A stretch of 64,000 nt of DNA from NCBI RefSeq assembly GCF_006345805.1, contig NC_042997.1, positions 84,568,001 to 84,632,000 of the forward strand, written 5' to 3'. The position numbers and the translations under genes are program-made. Every line of letters starts with the position of its first letter. Position 1 is the first letter of the stretch. The DNA is from Octopus sinensis. Lineage: Eukaryota. Below, one piece after another: positions 1 through 11,783 of the stretch. The notes below the pieces were generated by a model that searched no databases, had not been told where the DNA came from, and saw nothing but the letters and a program-made list of their open reading frames with translations.

Positions 1-188
1 AGCCCAGCAACGCAAATTTACGAAACACTGGGTAACTATACGTTATCTCGCTGTTTACCCAACTCCTATTATTTATACTCACGGGCTGCAACAATCATAG
101 TAACAAATTTACTGCGAGATAGACTGTGACACAATGTTTTCTTCGTTAGATATGGTTGGTTGGAACTTCCTATATGCTGGAATATGCT

Positions 189-457
189 TTCTTCTTCTTC
201 TTCTTCTTCTTCTTCTTCTTCTTCTTCTTCTTCTTCTTCTTCTTCTTCTTCTTCTTCTTCTTCTTCTTCTTCTTCTTTTTCTTCCTCTTCTTCTTCCCCT
301 CCTCCTTCTACTACTGCTTTTCTTTTTCGCCTCCTTTTCTTTTCTTTTTTCTTCGATTCTCCTCCTCCTCCTGCTACTACTGACGCCGCCTCCTCCTCCT
401 CCTCCTCCTCCACCACCACCACCACCACCACCGCCGCCACCACCACCGCCGCTGCTG

Positions 458-492
<35 letters not shown>
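189..492. repeat. Compound trinucleotide microsatellite (TTC)n-(TCC)n-(ACC)n-(ACT)n
   Basis: Directly visible; explains the poly-E/S/L/T/P ORFs at 69-618. Confidence 0.97.
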
Positions 493-493
<1 letters not shown>

Positions 494-1169
494 TTTTTCT
501 CCCCCTCCTCTTCCCTCTTTTCACCACCTTTCTTCGTCTTCCTCTATTACCGTCCTTCACAACTGTTCCTGACATGACCAGTTCTCTAGTGACCATTGCT
601 ATTACACAAAATCTGTAAGTCTGTCGTTTCTACTAACCAGTTGAAGCAACAACCAAGCCATTTGTTAAATTGCTTTGCCTACGCATAAATATTCACACAC
701 ACACACACACACACATACACACACAGATGTACGCACATAAATATTCACACAATCACAAACACAGAGATGCTTATATACTCACTCAAGTATGCATACACAC
801 TCATGTACGTACATGTATATACATTTATACACACTTCTCTGCATACATATATATATGCACACACACACACACGCACACACACAGACACACATTCTTACAT
901 CACGTCAGTTGTCTAAATATGGTAACCTTGAAGGGCAAAGTATAAAAAAAGATTGCACAGTTTAGAGGAGTTTAGAAAGAGAAGATAAATTAGAATGTGC
1001 TCAATCCGTGTAATGGTAATTTTTCGTTGAATTCTTTTTATCTATTTTTAATAAATAACAAATTGGTAGATATATAGAGAGAGAATATTTTTGTTGTATT
1101 TAAGGAGCTATGCTACACATTATTTTGATTATGACATTTTCTAAAATATAATGATTTCTAACATATGCC

Positions 1170-1330
1170 TCAGATTTTCGGGGGTGATATGACTGATTAA
1201 AATGATTTCAGCACTTGACTGTTATCTATTTATAGTGCTCGTGGGGAGGTAAAACGAAGTCAACATGGAAAGAATTTGAATATAGACTGTTAAGAAAGGA
1301 AGTTAAATACCTTTAGGCACTTTTTTCAAT
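1170..1330 (-). mobile_element. Degenerate tRNA-derived SINE (family B)
   Basis: Weak similarity to the family B copies at 27975-28185 and 61300-61530. Confidence 0.4.
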
Positions 1331-1487
1331 CTTTCGCTGTTTTTCTCTCTTCAAAACGAACATTTAAACACATTTAAAAAAAAATTCATTCATCGATACC
1401 TGTAAAGATAACAAGGATGAGTGATGGTATTGATGTCATTTGCAATTACTTAGATAAGTTTAAAATTGAATATTTGTATTATTATTT

Positions 1488-1894
1488 TATTCTTTCATTC
1501 TTTTATTCTTTTATTTGTTTCGGTAGTTTGACTGCGGCCATGCTGAAGCACCGCCTTAAAGGGTATTTTAGTCTAAAAAATCGACCACGGGATTTATTCT
1601 TTGTAAGCCTAGTACTTTTTCTCTCGGTCTCTTTTTACCGAACCGCTTAGTTACCGGGGCGCAAACACACCAACATCGGCTGTCAAACGATGGTGGGGAA
1701 CGACCACATACAAACACACACACACACACACACACACATATACTATAGATTTCTTTCAGTTTCCGTTTACCAAATTCTTTGGTCTGCCCGAGGCTATAGT
1801 AGAAGACACTTGCCCAAGGTTCCGCGCAGTAGGACCGGACCCGAAATCATGTGGGTGGCAAACAAGCTTCTTACCAAACAGCCACGCCTGCGCC
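1488..1894 (-). mobile_element. tRNA-derived SINE, family A (octopus OR/OK-like), near full length
   Basis: Reverse complement reads GGCGCAGGCGTGGCTGTTTGGTAAGAAGCTTG...ACCTTGGGCAAGTGTCTTCTACTATAGCCTCGGGC...GCATGGCCGCAGTCAAA with an (AAAGAAT)-type tail; same layout as 10939-11385. Confidence 0.9.
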
Positions 1895-2029
1895 TATGTA
1901 TACACTTTTATTTCCGATAACATTGTGCAAATGCCATTGTCTAAAATCACTGACTACCAGATTTGTGCCCTAAAGTAAATGACATTACGTCAAGGGTAGT
2001 TTATTTCACAACTTTCTTAGTTTAGAGAT

Positions 2030-2620
2030 GCAATGCGCGATCCTTGTGGAGTCTTACAAATAGACGAAACTAGTTAAAAGTTAACCCATTTTCCGCTATT
2101 AAAGGTATTTTGATTAATTCTCAGGCTATAGTTTCAAGAGGCGAATTATTTGGCGGTCGCAAGATCTCAAAGTGTGGAAGGAACTTGTATGAAAGGATCT
2201 GAATGATATGGTTAGTTTATGGAACTTCAACCACACCTGAAATAACAAACTCAGCTTCCATGAGATATTAGAGTCTGTTCTTCTATATGGATGTGAACGT
2301 TGAAACCGCAGCCGACCATGCAGAAGACTCTGGACTGGTGTTACATCAGATGGCTGCTTGCAATACTTAATGTCTAACACAAAATGTCATAAAAGTCAAG
2401 TACTTAATGTCACAAAAGTTAAATACAGACAATACTTGATTTTTAACATCTCCAATATATGATGCACACTATGGTTGGCAGAAAAAGGCAAAACACTTAA
2501 TGAAAAATTCCATGATATTAAAGTGTGTGGGGTAAGTATTACTGCCACATCTGTGCCCATCAAGAAGTGCCTATCATTTCCATATCTGTACAAAAGAGTG
2601 TAACTCCTAAGTAAAACTCA
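2030..2620 (+). mobile_element. RTE-clade LINE 3' fragment, decayed
   Basis: Manual translation gives ESVLLYGCER* and LDWCYIRWLLAILNV, resembling the RTE C-terminal SVLLYGCETW...LDGCYTRMLR motif; stops and frameshifts present. Confidence 0.6.
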
Positions 2621-2686
2621 AAACCAACATGCGGCTTATTTTTAACGTAACAGTCTAGCGATGGTATTGTTTGATGTTGAGTTGAA

Positions 2687-2723
<37 letters not shown>

Positions 2724-2749
2724 TGTGTGTGTGTGTGTGTGTAGTGTAT

Positions 2750-3510
2750 AAAATAAAAGAAGGAAAATGCACACACTTCCCATAGTTTTAATATATTTAA
2801 ATATATATCTAATATTGTGTTTGTCGACCGGTTTTGCTTTCACTAATCATGAAATTGAAATTATTATAGTTTCGTATTTTCTTAAGAAGGTTTTAGTCTA
2901 TGATGTGGGTGGAGAAGTTTACGAATGAATGATTCAAATAGTGGAAAAATTTAAGAGGAGGTAATTGGTGATCGTTATTATTGAGGTAATAGCTCATCTT
3001 TCGAGGAGGGGATAAATAAATATACACAAAAACTTAAATGCTAAAGTAGTGAGATGAAATATGTACAGTGATGGGTGTGTAATCATGAATTAAAATACAT
3101 ACTGACATCAAAGTTGGTCATGCGTTCCTATGTAGACGTGTTCTATATTTTTCGAAGAACAAATTTCTTTATTTAAACGTTCTTGTATAGAAATTGTTTC
3201 TTTGCACTATTAGTTGGGGAAAACTGTGAACTTGATTAGATATTATCTGCACAGCTCTCTATGTACTCACTCAAAGGAATCTATCTCTATTGCAGGAATC
3301 GGATCTGTTCCTTACGTAGATTGGTTTCCGTCTCAGTGTCATACTTCTCTGTCCTATATATTTATGTCCACAACCTGAGCAAGTTATAACATGAATTAGT
3401 TTCTCGGAAGTACAAGTGAAGTTGGTTTTGTGACCCTCTCTACTTGTTTGAATAATAATTCCGAGCCTTCCAGTATGTTGGGGCATGTTCCACAATTTTG
3501 GTGTCCAAAA
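2750..3510 (-). mobile_element. Penelope-like element, inverted copy (GIY-YIG end plus 3' pLTR region)
   Basis: Minus ORFs give GHQNCGTCPNILEGSE and NFTCTSEKLIHVITCSGCGHKYIGQ; reverse complement matches about 3830-4405. Confidence 0.85.
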
Positions 3511-4405
3511 AGACAATATCCACCCTCACGTATAGACAATGGAATTAAGCGTGCTAAGAAATTAGACATTAAAACATGAAGGGCAAGAAAACGTAACTCC
3601 ACACCTCATCCCAAACCACTACTGTATACATCAACTTACAACCCTAGAAACAATGTGGCATAACACACTATTGTACAAAATCTACCTATGTTCACTAGAG
3701 ATCAAAAAGTGAACAACATTCTGAAAAAACACACATTTAACAAATGCAAAAAAGCAACACAAATTACTGAAAAGACTTCTAACAAATGCGACCTTTTACA
3801 CAACAACCACGAAATCAACGGTTAAAAAATCTGGACGCCAAAACTGTGGAACATGCTCCAACCTACTGGAAGGCTCGGAAATCTTATTCAAACAAGGAGA
3901 GAGGGTCACAATTAAAACCAACTTCACTTGTGCTTCCGAGAATCTAATCTATGTTATAACTTGCTCAGGTTGTAGACATAACTATATAGGACAGATAAGT
4001 ATGACAAGTATACAAGAACGTTTAAATAAAGGAAATATGAATACATAGCCAACTTTGATCTCAGTACATATTTTAATTCATGATCACATACCCATCACTG
4101 TACATATTTCATCTCACTACTTTAGCTTTAAGTTTTTGTGTATATTTATTTATCCCCTCCTCGAAAGATGAGCAATTACCTCAATAATAATGATGTCCAA
4201 TTAACTTAGATTTTTCCACTTGTTGAATCATTCATTCACAAACTTCTCCACCCACAACATGGACTAAAATCTTAAGAAAATACAAAATTACAATAATTTC
4301 AATTTCATGATTAGCAAAAACGAAACCGGTCGACAAACACAATCTAAGATATATTAAAAAAATATATAAAAACTGTGAAGTGTGTGCATTTACCTTCTTT
4401 ATTTC
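3511..4405 (+). mobile_element. Penelope-like element 3' part (linker, GIY-YIG endonuclease, 3' region)
   Basis: Translates to QYPPSRIDNGIKRAKKLD...GRQNCGTCSNLLEGSE...NFTCASENLIYVITCSGCRHNYIGQ, the CxxC-linker plus IY...YIG motif of PLE GIY-YIG; frameshifted. Confidence 0.85.
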
Positions 4406-4481
4406 AAATATGTTTTCTTTTTGCATTACAACTCACGTCTTGGGGATAATCGAAATTCTTCCCTTTTTGTGATACACACAC

Positions 4482-4529
<48 letters not shown>

Positions 4530-4754
4530 TATATATATATATATATATATATGTGCAGATATATGTATGATTCTGAGTTAACCGAGACTTCAAGTTTAAC
4601 CTTATCGGCCTTTACATTTGATTGACAGAAATCTTACACAGTTAAATATGTAGAGTCCTACAATGATTAAGTGTTTTACTGTTGTGAACAGGTTGATCAA
4701 CAACAGCAAATAGTACGTGTGTGTATGTATGTATGTATGTATACGTTGGGATAA

Positions 4755-4862
4755 CACAGAGTTTCTGTTTCTCAAATTTCATTTTAAATTATTGGGCAAT
4801 CTGTAGCTATACTGGAAGGCTCTTGCTCAATGTCATGCAGTGGGATTGAACCCAGAATCATA
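4755..4862 (-). mobile_element. Degenerate family A SINE fragment
   Basis: CATGCAGTGGGATTGAACCCAGAATCA resembles the reverse complement of the family A head. Confidence 0.5.
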
Positions 4863-6019
4863 TTATATGAGATTATATGTATGTATATGCATATATGTGT
4901 ACATATACACGCACATACAAAAGCATACACACAGACTTATGCATACAAGAGGTTTCATATGTTAAAGTGTTGATATCTTTATCATTCAGACTTACTGTTT
5001 CTGTCTCTCTTCTTCCCGTGCACACACACACACACATACTCATGCACACATATATAGATAAAGATATATTTGCAGTTGTAAACAAATAAGTATATATGTA
5101 TATACATACGTTTAGTCATGTACTTGCTCCCGTACGGATGTACAGAGTTCGTGTTCGCTGAAAAAAATAAATAAATAAAAAGCGACTAAAATAGTATTTA
5201 TAGAATGATAGAATAATTCGCGGTAACTCAACAAATATTCCATCACGAAGAGAATGTCGTGACATGTCGCGAGCGAGACAGTAAAATGTGACTTTTGCAA
5301 CCCCATCAGCCTTTGAACATATAGCTGAAGCATTCTTGTGTATGATATTATATTAGAATAGCAACGTTGTAATATTTACCTAGACTGCATGAAATCTGGA
5401 CAACGGCAGCCTGAAATAGAACAAGCTTAATCAATATTTACTAGAGTAGAGAGAGATGGGGATTTGTATGTTGGTAGAGACGGTGAAGCGATGGAGCAAA
5501 TATATTTAATGTATTATGTAATTTAGATCCTGTATTTTGAAATAAATTGACTGAGTTTGTTTCTTGTTGTTTTTCTTGTTGCTAATTTTAACCCTAGGCG
5601 AATCCTGATCGAGCAAGTTAATCATCAAAAGCATACCAACTATAAGTCATGCACCTATCCGAAGGGTAGCCAGGAATATGTTATATATAGACTGCTTCCT
5701 TGTTTGTAATAGAGATTTGATAGAGATTTTTTGTGAGATGTGGAGCGACTGCATTTGTGTTCGCTCTTTCCGTAGTCATTTGTTTTACTGCTGCTGAAAA
5801 CGGTAAATTGATAATATAGTTAGAGTAACGTATAGAATACCTTGTACTCTTAGTACAAATTCTGTCGAAGTTAACATTTTAGGGATAGACAAAAAGGTAT
5901 CAAAGTATTACTAGGATCGATTTTTTTCTTCCTTTCTGCCCTTCCCTGCCTCTCTCACCACCTTCCCTCACTGACTTTCTCCTTTCATTTCCCTTTCTGT
6001 CTTGTTTGTAATTGTAATT

Positions 6020-7145
6020 AAAAGGCCCAGATATGTAGAACATATATATGAGCACGTTCCGTGGACCGTGCATTTGCTTTCTCCCGCCGCACCCGCCCCG
6101 CCGTCTCCTGCCTCCAGTTTCCCATCATCTACCACTCCACCACCCTACTTCTCCATCGCACCACTTTTCGAACCTTCCTGGCGACTCCAATCCGACCCCT
6201 CCCTTCCTTCAAACGAGTTCACAACTTACGAAACCTCTTGGTCCACAGCTTCTTCCTTAACCCAAACTCCCAACCTGGTTCGTTCCCCTGCTCCCGCCCA
6301 TGATGCTGCACTTGCCCTTACCTCTCCGACACCACCCTCCTCACCGGCACCCATCATTGACCCTATCACATCACCGACTCCGTCACCTACACTTTTACGA
6401 ATGTCATCTACTGCATTTCCTGGTCTCTCTGCCCTTCTCTATACATCAGGCAAACGGGACACCGCTTGGCTGACCAGTTCGCGGAACACCTCCGAGACAT
6501 CCGCCTCGGCAATGACACCCCTGTCTCGCGCCAGTTCCGCTCTACCGGTCACTCTTTGGAACACCTGTCAGTGTTCGGATTGTGCTTGCACGGGGCCATC
6601 CGGGCTCCCGCTTGTGCCGTTAACAGGGATTAATCTTTCCTCTTCGCTCCTTTGTGCCACATGGGTTCAACTCTCCTCTCCTTTTCCTCTAACCTCCTCC
6701 CCTCTCATCTCTCCTTCTCACACCTACTTCCTCCCACCACCTCTCCTCTCTTCTTCCGACTCCCACTTCTCTTCACTCCTACTCTCTTTCTCTATTCTCT
6801 TCACTCCTACACACCTTCTCCATTCCCCTCTCCCTTCATCGTCACCCTCCCTCGTTACTCCACCCCTACACAATCCAACCTCACCTTTCCTATCCATCCC
6901 ATACCACCTCATCCTATACCACCTCATCCTATACCACCTCACCCCATCCCTTACATCCACTCGCACATACCTCGGCCTACCCACATACCCCACATCTACC
7001 CCTTCTTCCTAGCTCTCCTGTGTTACCCTTCTGTCCGGCATTCGCCATGATAGATCGCTAGCCTCTACACATTCTTTATTTTCTCTCCTTGTTTCTTTGC
7101 GTGTTTTTTTCTTGGAAGAGCGTAGGCTCGAAATGTTAAAGACTT
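6020..7145 (+). mobile_element. Penelope-like element 3' part with GIY-YIG domain and terminal hammerhead-like motif
   Basis: Frame of ORF 6061-6303 continues through stops as GSFPCSRP*CCTCPYL...NVIYCISWSLCPSLYIRQTGHRLADQFAEHLRDIRLGNDTPVSRQF (GIY-YIG with R..EH); ORF 6002-7012 is an off-frame artefact. Confidence 0.88.
7111..7141 (+). ncRNA. Degenerate minimal type I hammerhead ribozyme motif
   Basis: CTTGGA-A-GAGC-GTAG-GCTC-GAAAT-GTT-AAAG: perfect 4-bp helix II directly before GAAA; first core box damaged. Confidence 0.5.
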
Positions 7146-7294
7146 TTTTATTTACCACCTGTCTTCGTCTTTTATTTTTTTGTGATTCACTCGATATATC
7201 ATTATCATTATTACTATTATTATTATCATTATCATCATCATCATCATCATCATCATTATCATCATTATTATTATTATTATTATCATTATCCAGT

Positions 7295-7983
7295 CATTAT
7301 TTAGATGGGTTCCACAATGCTTTGCGCTCATCACTAACAACCACACATCCAAATTTAGGGAAACTATGCACTGCCCTTAAATCTGAGGCGGGTTTAAGCC
7401 AGACAAAAATTGCACGCGTTCGACTTGGAGACTCAAAAAGAAGAAAAAAAAAGACCTATCATATTATTGATGCGCGACTGAATAAGCTAGTTCAGGAATA
7501 TCAAAACGAAAACTCTGTGCAATTTTGATGCAGAATTGCACACAATTTGGCTACAGAATTTTTCTAAAAATCAAATTAAACTTTCTTATCCCAACTCTAC
7601 TTCACAATGTATTCGCTGTTACTTTTTATCCTATTGTTATAATAAAATGTGTGCTAGAATTTAGTCTTTTCTTTCTTTATCTCTAATTATATTACTTTTT
7701 AAATTTTGTGATGAGTCTTTTCCATGGATTCTTGCTCGAATGGGAGTACATTAAAGTGATCTCATCTCAATTCAAGTAGATTATAAATATCATTTTCTAT
7801 CTCACCTTCAGACTCTCTCTCTCTCTCTCTTTCTCCTCTTAAGACTTGAGAGATAGACAGATTAAATAACATAAGTATTGATCCACGGTCACGAGAACCG
7901 AGACGGTGATTATTAGCGGGTGGAATTCAACATGGTGGAATATACCGTGGTGGAATTTACCGCGGTGGAATTTACCTAGAACC
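7295..7983 (+). mobile_element. Mutator-like (MULE) DNA transposon 3' fragment
   Basis: DGFHNALRSSLTTTHPNLGKLCTALKSE resembles the MULE C-terminal EGWHN...HPNIW motif; ends in four tandem ~15-bp GGTGGAATTTACC subterminal repeats. Confidence 0.6.
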
Positions 7984-7994
7984 ATATATATATA

Positions 7995-8036
<42 letters not shown>

Positions 8037-8052
8037 ATATATATATATATAT

Positions 8053-8216
8053 ACGACGGGCTTCTTTCAGTTTCCGTCTACCAAATCCATTCATGACGCT
8101 TTGGTCGGCCCGCGGCTATAGTAGAAGAGACCTGCCCAAGGTACCACGCAGTGGGAGAGAACCCGGAGCCTTGTGGTTTAGAAGCAAGCTTCTTACCACA
8201 AAACCACTCCTGCGCC
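8053..8216 (-). mobile_element. Family A SINE, 5' half
   Basis: Clear match to other family A copies; head GGCGCAGGAGTGG. Confidence 0.9.
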
Positions 8217-8249
8217 TATACTCAACAGCCACTTCTGCGCATATATATA

Positions 8250-8424
8250 TATGGATCAAAAGAGTTTGAATCAAATTCGTTGGTACTCTTGAGTTTCACG
8301 CGTGATTTAGTCCTCAACCGTTTTGAATTTGAATTCAAAGACAAATTCAGAATGGCTGGCGACTAGCATCACGTTTGAGACTCAGGAGTGCCAACGAATT
8401 TGAATAAAACTGTTTTGATCCATA
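8250..8424. mobile_element. MITE-like hairpin element
   Basis: ~55-bp imperfect terminal inverted repeats starting TATGGATCAAAA and ending TTTTGATCCATA; no coding capacity. Confidence 0.6.
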
Positions 8425-8487
8425 GATATAACTCCCAATAAATTTGTTGAATATTCTTCTTTCTTTGTCCCCTCACACGTGCATATA

Positions 8488-8587
8488 NNNNNNNNNNNNN
8501 NNNNNNNNNNNNNNNNNNNNNNNNNNNNNNNNNNNNNNNNNNNNNNNNNNNNNNNNNNNNNNNNNNNNNNNNNNNNNNNNNNNNNNN
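8488..8587. other. Assembly gap (100 N)
   Basis: Run of N. Confidence 1.
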
Positions 8588-8656
8588 ATAGCATGGACTC
8601 TATTGAATGTATGAAACAATTATGAACTACTCCATTATACTCTTTATTATAAAAAA

Positions 8657-8700
8657 ATCTTTTTGATAAGGTTCGTTATTTCAAGAACCGAAACGTAAAA
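8657..8700 (+). ncRNA. Degenerate minimal type I hammerhead motif
   Basis: TTGATAA-GGTTC-(10 nt)-GAACC-GAAAC-GTA: perfect 5-bp helix II, intact GAAAC/GUA; first core box has two substitutions. Confidence 0.5.
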
Positions 8701-8788
8701 ATTAAAATTTATCTAATATAGTGCATTTTCAAACTTCTTTTTTACAAATATACACACACACACACACAACCACACACATACACACACA

Positions 8789-8834
<46 letters not shown>

Positions 8835-8893
8835 ATATACATACACATATATATATAATGTATGATATCTATATATATATATATATGTATGTA

Positions 8894-8924
<31 letters not shown>

Positions 8925-8941
8925 ATATATATGTGTAATAT

Positions 8942-8983
<42 letters not shown>

Positions 8984-8988
<5 letters not shown>

Positions 8989-9351
8989 GTAATAAATAAA
9001 AATATATGCATACATACAACATATATGTACGTACCTACATCTACATGTATATATACATGCATATATAATAAATATACGTAAGTACAGGACACCACAACAA
9101 GACGTAGAAACGGGAAAAACAAAATATTTTACAAGAAAACAAGTACAGCTGATGACGGTGGATTTTTCCTTGTGTAGCATGTCCTGTACTTGTTTTCTTA
9201 TAAAAAGTTTTTGTTTTTCCCGTTTCTACGTCTTATTGTGGTGTCCTGTACTTACGTATATTTATTTATATATGCATGTATATATACATGTAGATGTAGG
9301 TACGTACATATATGTTTGTATGTATGCATATATTTTTATTTATTACATTAT
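8984..9351. repeat. Fold-back inverted repeat, ~165-bp arms (PLE pLTR-like family)
   Basis: 8984-9148 is the near-identical reverse complement of 9184-9351; 35-nt spacer. Confidence 0.9.
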
Positions 9352-9421
9352 TGTCTGACAGCGCCTCGCGTCAGGTTCGTTTCGATTTATCGGATCGTTC
9401 CACTTCTTGTCTCCATTTAAT

Positions 9422-9462
<41 letters not shown>

Positions 9463-9527
9463 ATATATACGAGTAAGTGGACATACAAAAGAAAGGCTAC
9501 TCAAAAATATATTGGAGTTCATGTATT

Positions 9528-9700
9528 ATTCAAAACAGTTTGATTCGCATTCTGTGCTACTTCAACTTTCGAAGCCCCTAAGGGAGCCTATCTCCTCAGA
9601 GTGGTGAGAATTCGGATTCTCACCACCCTGAAAAGATAGGCACTGTTAGGGAACTTCCAAACTTGAAGTAGCACAGAATCGAAATCAAACTGTTTTGAAT
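9528..9700. mobile_element. MITE-like palindrome
   Basis: ~85-bp arms ATTCAAAACAGTTTGATT... / ...AATCAAACTGTTTTGAAT with almost no spacer; ends resemble 8250-8424. Confidence 0.65.
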
Positions 9701-9763
9701 GTGTGTAAGTGTGTGTGTATATATATAGATGTGTGTGTGTGTGTGTGTTTGGGTGTGTGAGAT

Positions 9764-9973
9764 GCAGATATGGCTCTTTGGTAAGACGCTTGCATCCCGA
9801 CCACATGCTTCCGGGTTCAGTCCCACTGCGTGACACCTTGGGTAAATGCCTTGTGCTATAGCCTGGTCCAGCAAAAGCCTTGTGAGTGGATTTGGTAGAC
9901 GTAAACTGGAAAGAGCCCGTCATACATACATACATACTACAAACATACATACATACATACATACATACATACA

Positions 9974-10009
<36 letters not shown>

Positions 10010-10019
10010 TATATAATAC

Positions 10020-10056
<37 letters not shown>

Positions 10057-10290
10057 ATTATATGTTTCTGTGTCTGCGTCCGCTTTTGTCCCCCCAACAA
10101 TCATTTGACAACAGATGCTGATGTGTTTATATCCCCATACTTAACGGTAAGGTTCGTCAAAAGTGAACAATAGAATAAGTACTAGGCTAACAAAGAATAA
10201 ATTCTGCGGGCGATTTCTTCGAGTAACATCCTTTAAGTTGGTGCTCCAGCATGACCGAAATCACATAACTGAAACAAGTAAAAAATAAAA
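9764..10290 (+). mobile_element. Family A SINE with expanded internal microsatellite
   Basis: Head, central domain, internal (TACA)n/(TA)n and 3' domain all match the family. Confidence 0.88.
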
Positions 10291-10938
10291 TGATATGTGT
10301 GTGTGAGTGAGTGTGTGTGTGTACATATGTATACATATGAACACGTAGATATATGAATGCTTATATGTATTTATATACAGAATATGACGGGTTTAATTCA
10401 CTGGTGATCTAAACGAATAGGTACACTGCGTAGGTGCTATAATTGGTCATCCGTTAGGTTCCAAATTCACACCTAAGGCTGGAGCTAGTGATCCGTAGTA
10501 GGCTTCCGAGTAGGCAGGTATATATTAAAAGGAAATGGAAAACAAAATGAAAGTAATTGACTAAATTACTTCTTCCCCCCACTATAAACTCTACTAACCA
10601 TTTTATTTTCTTGGTTCAGACCAAATAAAGGAGACGTCGGAAACGGCCGTAATGGATTGACACCTGTTCCACTTTGTTACTCATATTTTATTCACTTATC
10701 CTGGAATCTGCGCTTCGTAAATATTACAGACAGTATTTCTAATATAAAGAACATGTCTGAATAGCTAAGAGCGGATATCTTCACTCAGCTGGGTTTTATT
10801 ATCTGCATACACTGTAAAACTATGATGTGGCCAGCATTTATGCACTAAGTCTGATATTCACTTAATATTGTCGGGTATGAATGTTACTCCGATCTAACAA
10901 GATGCCTCAATTGAAGAACCTAATTAAACGAAATCTTA

Positions 10939-11092
10939 AGAGTGGCAGTGTGGTAAGTAGCTTGCTTACAAACCACATGGTTCCGGGTTCAGTCCCACTG
11001 CGTGGCACCTTGGGCAAGTGTCTTATACTATAGCCACAGACAGATCAAAGCCTTGTGAGTTGGTTTGGTACACGGAAACTGAAAGAAGCCCG

Positions 11093-11159
<67 letters not shown>

Positions 11160-11382
11160 GTGTGTGTTGTGTGTGTGTATGTGTGTGTGTGTTGTGTTTG
11201 TCTCCCCACCATCACTTGACAACCGATGTTAGTGAGTTTACGTCCGCTTCACTTAGCAGTTCAGCAAAGAGACCGATAGAAAAAGTACTAGGCTTACAAA
11301 GAATAAATCCTGGGGTCGAATTGTTCGACTAAAGGCGATGCTCTAGTATGGCCGCAATCAAATGACTGAAACAAATAAAAGA

Positions 11383-11385
<3 letters not shown>
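10939..11385 (+). mobile_element. Family A SINE, near full length
   Basis: GTGGTAAGTAGCTTGCTTAC...GGTTCAGTCCCACTGCGTGGCACCTTGGGCAAGTGTC...AATGACTGAAACAAATAAAAGAATA; A and B box-like motifs in the head. Confidence 0.92.
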
Positions 11386-11404
<19 letters not shown>

Positions 11405-11415
<11 letters not shown>

Positions 11416-11783
11416 AACGGCAGTTTGTCTGTGCGTGTTTCTGTGTGTCTGTTTGCTTGTACCCTCACCCTGACCACGGCTTTCAACCGATTCTGATGAA
11501 ACTTGACACACACATAGCCCAATGTCATAATTCAAAACTAACGCAGCGAAAATTTTGAAAAGTTCTCCCAGTTCTGAAAAAAATCGATAAATTCGACATG
11601 GGGTCGAGAATCAGAAACACGAACCACAAACTGTCTAGGGGACGCAACTCCACCTTTTTTAAATCTCAAAAAAATTTACCATCATTTTTTTCATTTTTTG
11701 GCTATTTTTTGGCTATAACTCTCTAAAAATTCTTTATAGTTATTTCCCTTACAAACCTGAGCAACGCCGGGCGATACTGCTAG
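11405..11783 (+). mobile_element. Non-autonomous Helitron
   Basis: 3' end GAGCAACGCCGGGCGATACTGCTAG followed by T (GC-rich subterminal tract then CTAG); 5' end lies in a (TA)n tract. Confidence 0.7.

Noticed and set aside
69-618. Long ORFs with poly-E/L/S/T/P
   Set aside because: Translations of trinucleotide microsatellites
5351-5412. Minus-strand micro-exon candidate near 5382-5412 (also one near 16159-16214)
   Set aside because: Splice signals only, no homology, and opposite to the plus-strand candidates; chance is likely
6002-7012. 336-aa Pro/Ser-rich ORF, the longest in the window
   Set aside because: Alternative frame of a decayed PLE; the real GIY-YIG frame has stops
7915-7983. Short regularly spaced GGTGGAATTTACC repeats, CRISPR-like at first sight
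   Set aside because: No spacers, eukaryotic context; subterminal repeats of a DNA transposon
9149-9182. CTGATGA box (also at 11493, 17513 and 45407)
   Set aside because: No helix II followed by GAAA; the first core box alone is not a hammerhead
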